A stretch of DNA of 64,000 nt. Origin: an uncultured Bacteroidales bacterium. GTDB lineage: Bacteria > Bacteroidota > Bacteroidia > Bacteroidales > WCHB1-69. The notes under the pieces were generated by a model. It had not been told where the DNA came from and made no database searches. It saw nothing but the letters and a program-made list of their open reading frames with translations. Positions 59,222 to 64,000 of the stretch are shown here, one piece after another; within the stretch, counting starts at the first letter, position 1, and every line of letters begins with the position of its first letter. The position numbers were made by a program, and so were the translations under genes. The stretch is taken from the NCBI GenBank assembly GCA_905233625.1, contig CAJOFJ010000004.1, forward strand, positions 3,130 to 67,129, given 5' to 3'.

Positions 59222-59669
59222 ATGAGTGACATGAAAAGGGAATTCAAGGATTTAATGATATACAATCCATATGAGTATTTGAACAGCGAAATCACGGGAG
59301 ATTACGACGAGGCCCATGCCGTGAAGTGTGTGAACGGCACCTTCGTCGGAACCGAGGAGCACGGGCGCCACTTCAAGGCACCGGAGTACGTGGACGAACA
59401 TCCCCGATGAGATCTTCACGGCCACTCAACAGATGTGGACGAATTTCGCACATTGCGGCAACCCGTCGACAGACAAGGTTGAATGGAAGGCGTACTCGGT
59501 CAACGACCAGAACGTCATGGTTATCGGCGGGCCGGGTGACCTACGTATCGAACAGGGCCTGCTGGCTGACCAGTACAAGGCCGTCCTCCCCTTGTTAGGT
59601 TACTACCAGTTCATGGACAAGTTCTTTACTCCTGGCTATCTTTTAGATATCATCGCCGCTCGCAAGTAA
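59222..59669 (+). pseudogene. Internally deleted carboxylesterase remnant, copy 4
   Basis: N-terminal AVKCVNGTFVG and FKAPEYVD joined to C-terminal MWTNFAHCGNPS...W; the catalytic core (WIHGG, GESAG) is absent. Confidence 0.85.
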
Positions 59670-59702
59670 GATCAATCACATAAAACATAAAACGAAAGAA
59701 CA

Positions 59703-61331
59703 ATGAAAATAATGAAGATATGGACGCTTGTCGCTACCATCATTTTAAGCGCCGCGATCCTCACTGGCTGCAAGAAGGAAACTTCAAACAACAACAATTC
59801 AGGCAACAACCCGTGGGGAGCAGAGACGCTCACCTTCAAGGTGAATAATTCCACTGACTTTATTTTGAAAAAAGTTGAAGGTAGAAATTATTCGATGGAG
59901 TATATGTACGAAAGCCAAGTGACAACCGTCACAGGAACGCTCTCCGACTTTTACATCTGTCCCGTCGAGGTGACCAACAAGCTGTGGAACGCTGTTATGG
60001 GATGGAAACCCGAAGGACAGACAAACAATGGCGACTTATATCCCGTCAGCAATGTGAATTATTACGACATCGTCAAGGAAGGTGGCTTCATCGACATGCT
60101 GAACACGATATGTGCCGGCCAGCTGCCAGCTGGCAAGCGCTTTGCGCTGCCCACTGAAGCCCAGTGGGAGTATGCGGCCCGCGGCGGACAACAGTCGATG
60201 GGTTACCAATATGCCGGATCCAACACGTTAGACGAAGTGGCCTGGTACGCTGACAACTCGAATGGCACAACTCACCCTGTCGGCCTGAAGCAACCCAATG
60301 AGCTCGGTCTCTACGACATGACTGGCAATGTCTGGGAATGGACACGCGACAACTTTGTCTACTTCGACAAACTCACGCTCAACCAAGGTCTCAACTACGT
60401 CTGCACCGCCGCCAACAACTATCGCGTCAACCGCGGCGGCAGCTACGGCACCAGACAGACGGGTCTCGAAACCTCCTACCACACCTGGCTGGGAATGCAT
60501 CAGGCCTATAATAACCGCGGTCTGCGACTTGTCCTCGTGGATGATTTCAACGAAGAACAACTCGAGGAACCTACCCAGCCAGACAACCTTCTTACCATCG
60601 CCGTGAACAACGGTACAGTCGGTTACTACCTTCCGATGGTTGAAGTGAAGGGTGGCAACTACGAGCTGGTATACGAGCGCGACGGCGAACAGAAAACCGT
60701 CAACGGAACGCTTTCCGATTTCTATATCTGTCAAACCGAAACGATGAACTACATCTGGGAAACCGTCATGGGCTCGAAACCACAAGGCCAAAGCGAGAAC
60801 GAAGGTCTCTATCCCGTTACGATGATTAACTATGAGGACATCACCAAGAACGGTGGCTTCCTTGACAAGTTGAATACGATGTGCGCCGATCAGTTGCCCG
60901 CTGGGATGCAGTTTGCCCTCGCTACTGAGGCCGAATGGCACTATGCCGCCAACGGCGGACGTAAGTCGCAGAGCTACACCTACGCTGGTTCAAACACAAT
61001 AGGCGATGTGGCCTGGTATTCCAACAACGCCGGACATGCTTCCCACTTCGTGGCCTCCAAGCAGCCCAACGAGCTCGGCATCTACGACCTAAGCGGTAAC
61101 GTCTGGGAATATTGCAACGACTGGTATGCCGATCTGGCCGACATTCCTGCCAACCAAGGTACCGACTATGCCGGTCCCGTGTCAGGCCAACGTATTGTAG
61201 GTTGTAGCGGCTGCTACGACAGCGAGCCTTACACTTGCAGATATTCCTACCACGGCCGCGAGATTGAACACAACGTCCGCAATGCTACTGTAGGTTTCCG
61301 CATCGTTTTGAGACATACAAACATCAGGTAA
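59703..61331 (+). CDS. Lipoprotein with two FGE-sulfatase (SUMF1/CLec-fold) domains
   Basis: Lipobox LTGC-KKE; two copies of (P/A)TEA(Q/E)W.YAA.GG, PNELG.YD..GNVWE and G(L/F)R(L/I)V. Confidence 0.88.
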   Translation: MKIMKIWTLVATIILSAAILTGCKKETSNNNNSGNNPWGAETLTFKVNNSTDFILKKVEGRNYSMEYMYESQVTTVTGTLSDFYICPVEVTNKLWNAVMGWKPEGQTNNGDLYPVSNVNYYDIVKEGGFIDMLNTICAGQLPAGKRFALPTEAQWEYAARGGQQSMGYQYAGSNTLDEVAWYADNSNGTTHPVGLKQPNELGLYDMTGNVWEWTRDNFVYFDKLTLNQGLNYVCTAANNYRVNRGGSYGTRQTGLETSYHTWLGMHQAYNNRGLRLVLVDDFNEEQLEEPTQPDNLLTIAVNNGTVGYYLPMVEVKGGNYELVYERDGEQKTVNGTLSDFYICQTETMNYIWETVMGSKPQGQSENEGLYPVTMINYEDITKNGGFLDKLNTMCADQLPAGMQFALATEAEWHYAANGGRKSQSYTYAGSNTIGDVAWYSNNAGHASHFVASKQPNELGIYDLSGNVWEYCNDWYADLADIPANQGTDYAGPVSGQRIVGCSGCYDSEPYTCRYSYHGREIEHNVRNATVGFRIVLRHTNIR

Positions 61332-61467
61332 TAAAATTAAATATACCAGCGTCGACCTATTTTCTAACCAAAATATTATATGCTGTATTTGACTTTTATG
61401 GGTCTTCAACCACCCAGAGAAATGAGAGGCAAGTGTCTTGTTAACAAATAAAATGGTTTACAACGAT

Positions 61468-63420
61468 ATGATAAAAAAGAGCAGACTGTCGCGACGTATT
61501 ACTTGGCATGTTATCGGAATCATGTCGCTCTTCAATGTGCTGATCATTGGAGCCATACTTGTGTTCGTCTTCAGAGTCTCGCTCGTGAACAGCAATATGC
61601 GCGGACAATATGTCGTCGACGGCATAGAAGGCAAGATAGAGTCGACGCTATGGGCCGTGCACGTAGGGGCAGCCAACAGCCGCGACGAAATAGAAAGAAA
61701 CTTGGAAAGCCCAGAGCAAGTCTTTGACGCCTTGGAGCACGAAATTACCGTGAACCAATTCATGGGTTGCTTTGCCGCCTTCGAGCCTGACTACTTCAAA
61801 GGTCAAGGACGCTGGTTTGAAGCCTATCTTTATCATGCCGACAGCACTCGTCTTGAACGCCAGCAGATAGGCTCTCCAAGCCATGACTACTTCAATGGCC
61901 CGTGGTATAAGAAAGGACTTAGTCGGGACAGACAGGGAATGGGCTATCTTACAGTTCCCTACTTTGACAATTCCGTTGACAGTGCCATGTATTGCAGCTA
62001 TGTGCTGCCTATCGTTGACCATCTGGACCGCAAGGTGGGCGTTTATGGTGTTGATCTGGATTATTTATGGCTCAACGAGGTCTTCGTTGAGGTGGAGAAA
62101 ATGGTGAAGAGAGAATTCCTCGACAGCGATGAAAAGCTCCAGGATCGTAACGGCAATATTTATTTCTCTATCCAGATTATCGACGACAAAGACAACAGAA
62201 TTTTGGGTTTTGATTCCCTTGATATCAGCATTCTCAAAGCAGAGCAGAAGGATGTCTTTGGCAAGCTTGGGATGAAAGATTTGAAGGGCACACCTTATTA
62301 TGTCAATTTCAAATCAATACCATACACAGACTGGACCGTTGCTGTCATACAGCATCGCGATCTTGTGTTTGCATGGGGTAGGATACTGGGCATTATCATC
62401 CTTCTTTGCATGAGTATTGGCTGCATCGTCATCTTCCTATTCACAAGACGAAGTATCCGCCGTGCCATCAAGCCATTAAGATTCCTGTCCGAGTCGGCTA
62501 AGGAAGTGTCAAAGGGTAACTTCAACGCACCTCTGCCCACGTTCAAGTACAATGACGAGGTGGCACAGCTACGCGACTCGTTCGGCAATATGCAGCAGTC
62601 GCTGGTGAAATACATCGAGGAACTGAAGGAAACCACTGCCCAGAAAGCCACGATAGAGAGTGACCTCCGCATAGCCAGCACGATACAGATGGGCATGCTG
62701 CCTGAGAAGTTTCCCACCAAGGCTGAGCGTGACGATGTGCAGCTCTTTGCCTCGCTGACCCCTGCCAAGGAAGTGAGCGGCGACTTGTTCGACTTCTATT
62801 TCCGCGACGATAAGCTCTTTTTCTGCATCGGCGATGTATCGGGCAAGGGCGTGCCTGCCTCGCTTTTCATGGCTGTCACCCGTTCTGCCTTCCGCACCAT
62901 ATCGGCCCAAGAATCAATGCCAGACCGCATCATGACCACGATGAACAAAACGATTGCCGACATGAACAAAACCCACATGTTTGTGACCCTTTTTGTCGGC
63001 GTACTCGACTTGTCCACTGGCTGTTTGCAGTACTGTAACGCTGGACATGATGCTCCGATGCTTGTCGGCGCTGGTGTCGGCGAGTTACCTTGTGATACCA
63101 ATATCCCCGTCGGCATTAGGCCCAAATGGGAATACTCGCTGCAAGAGGCGCAGATATTCACCGGCACCACCATCTTCCTCTTCACCGACGGACTCACCGA
63201 GGCTATGGATGCCAGCAAGGCCATGTTCCGGATAAATCGCGTCAATGATGTGGCCGAACAGGCTCTCGCCCAACAACAGCAGGAACCTCGCCAGCTCATC
63301 AGCATGATGACTGAGGCTGTCCACCAGTTCGTAGGCGATGCCGAACAGAGCGATGACCTGACCATGATGGCCATACAATATATCAAGGAAAGAAAAGAAT
63401 CAACAAACAATAAGGAATAA
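61468..63420 (+). CDS. Membrane sensor PP2C phosphatase (SpoIIE/RsbU family) with Cache-like and HAMP domains
   Basis: Two TM segments, YFNGPWY Cache motif, DEVAQLRDSF HAMP, SGDLFD, IGDVSGKG, NAGH, FTDGLTEA, QSDDLT. Confidence 0.92.
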   Translation: MIKKSRLSRRITWHVIGIMSLFNVLIIGAILVFVFRVSLVNSNMRGQYVVDGIEGKIESTLWAVHVGAANSRDEIERNLESPEQVFDALEHEITVNQFMGCFAAFEPDYFKGQGRWFEAYLYHADSTRLERQQIGSPSHDYFNGPWYKKGLSRDRQGMGYLTVPYFDNSVDSAMYCSYVLPIVDHLDRKVGVYGVDLDYLWLNEVFVEVEKMVKREFLDSDEKLQDRNGNIYFSIQIIDDKDNRILGFDSLDISILKAEQKDVFGKLGMKDLKGTPYYVNFKSIPYTDWTVAVIQHRDLVFAWGRILGIIILLCMSIGCIVIFLFTRRSIRRAIKPLRFLSESAKEVSKGNFNAPLPTFKYNDEVAQLRDSFGNMQQSLVKYIEELKETTAQKATIESDLRIASTIQMGMLPEKFPTKAERDDVQLFASLTPAKEVSGDLFDFYFRDDKLFFCIGDVSGKGVPASLFMAVTRSAFRTISAQESMPDRIMTTMNKTIADMNKTHMFVTLFVGVLDLSTGCLQYCNAGHDAPMLVGAGVGELPCDTNIPVGIRPKWEYSLQEAQIFTGTTIFLFTDGLTEAMDASKAMFRINRVNDVAEQALAQQQQEPRQLISMMTEAVHQFVGDAEQSDDLTMMAIQYIKERKESTNNKE

Positions 63421-63722
63421 TGAAAACCACAATTCAAGAACAAGACGGCAATGTAGTTGCCATTCTGGAGGGTAGTCTCGACACTGCCGCCGCACCAGAA
63501 ACCGAAAAGGCCATGAGTCCTCTTTACGACGTGGAGGGGAAAGACATCATCATCGATTGTGCTGAGCTGAAATACATCTCATCAGCCGGTCTGCGTATCT
63601 TTCTTGCCATCCTGCAGAATGCGGAAGAAAAGGGCAGACAAATGTATATAAAAGACATCAACGACGACCTTCGGGGCATCTTCACCATTACTGGCTTCAT
63701 TAACATCTTTAAATTCATATAA
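63420..63722 (+). CDS. STAS-domain anti-sigma-factor antagonist
   Basis: LEGSLDT, LKYISSAGLR (phospho-Ser motif), IFTITGF; start overlaps the phosphatase stop. Confidence 0.92.
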   Translation: MKTTIQEQDGNVVAILEGSLDTAAAPETEKAMSPLYDVEGKDIIIDCAELKYISSAGLRIFLAILQNAEEKGRQMYIKDINDDLRGIFTITGFINIFKFI

Positions 63723-63733
63723 ACGATATAAAG

Positions 63734-64000
63734 ATGGAAACAGCTTCATTTATCTTTTTGGGTTTTAATCTGCATGCATGGATAACCATTGCGACAGTAC
63801 TGACCATGTTCAGCATACTGCTTTTCACTAAATTGCGCTCTGACTTGGTTTTTTAGGAGCTATTGCCATCTTGTTTGTAACAGGCGTGTTGGATGCCAAA
63901 GAGGCATTTTCGGGCTTTAGCAGTACATCCGTTGTGGTAATCGGTGTATTGTTTGTCGTTGTGGCGGGATTGACGCATACAGGGGTACTGCAATGTTGAA
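63734..64000 (+). pseudogene. 5' part of SLC13/TrkA-C family permease, apparent -1 frameshift in a T run at 63849-63854
   Basis: METASF...LRSDLVF* continues in a shifted frame as LGAIAILFVTGVLDAKEAFSGFSS...VVAGLTHTGVLQ. Confidence 0.7.

Noticed and set aside
59703-61331. Complete diversity-generating retroelement
   Set aside because: No reverse transcriptase, Avd or template repeat in the window; the two domains differ at all base types

Overview
Bacteroidota (Bacteroidales-like) chromosomal window: recurring TAnnTTTG -7 promoter motifs, T9SS-sorted proteins and few Shine-Dalgarno motifs. The housekeeping backbone carries a MacB-type ABC/MFP/TolC efflux operon, gldA-like ATPase, rho, sufS, tilS, class II RNR, acyl-CoA synthetase, methylmalonyl-CoA mutase, upp and tRNA-Phe. 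Three accessory blocks interrupt it. (1) A ~9 kb defence locus at 21.3-30.2 kb: hsdR, a GHKL-ATPase/PD-(D/E)xK nuclease-like gene, hsdS, a prrC-like anticodon nuclease and hsdM. (2) Two tandem ~950-aa T9SS-secreted paralogs followed by an unannotated 54-aa Cys-rich lipoprotein. (3) A ~16 kb co-oriented hydrolase/signalling array: MscS, 2 amidohydrolases, 3 carboxylesterases plus a remnant, a double FGE-sulfatase-domain lipoprotein, a Cache/HAMP-PP2C phosphatase, STAS and an SLC13 permease. Notable non-coding structures are a 5x ~20-bp direct-repeat array between a membrane-anchored LytTR gene and the acyl-CoA synthetase, a heptamer-repeat inverted element (2 copies) and a REP-like double hairpin with a compensatory base change. 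Many genes carry short deletions or frameshifts that may be assembly errors. All calls come from motif recognition by eye; no database searches were run.
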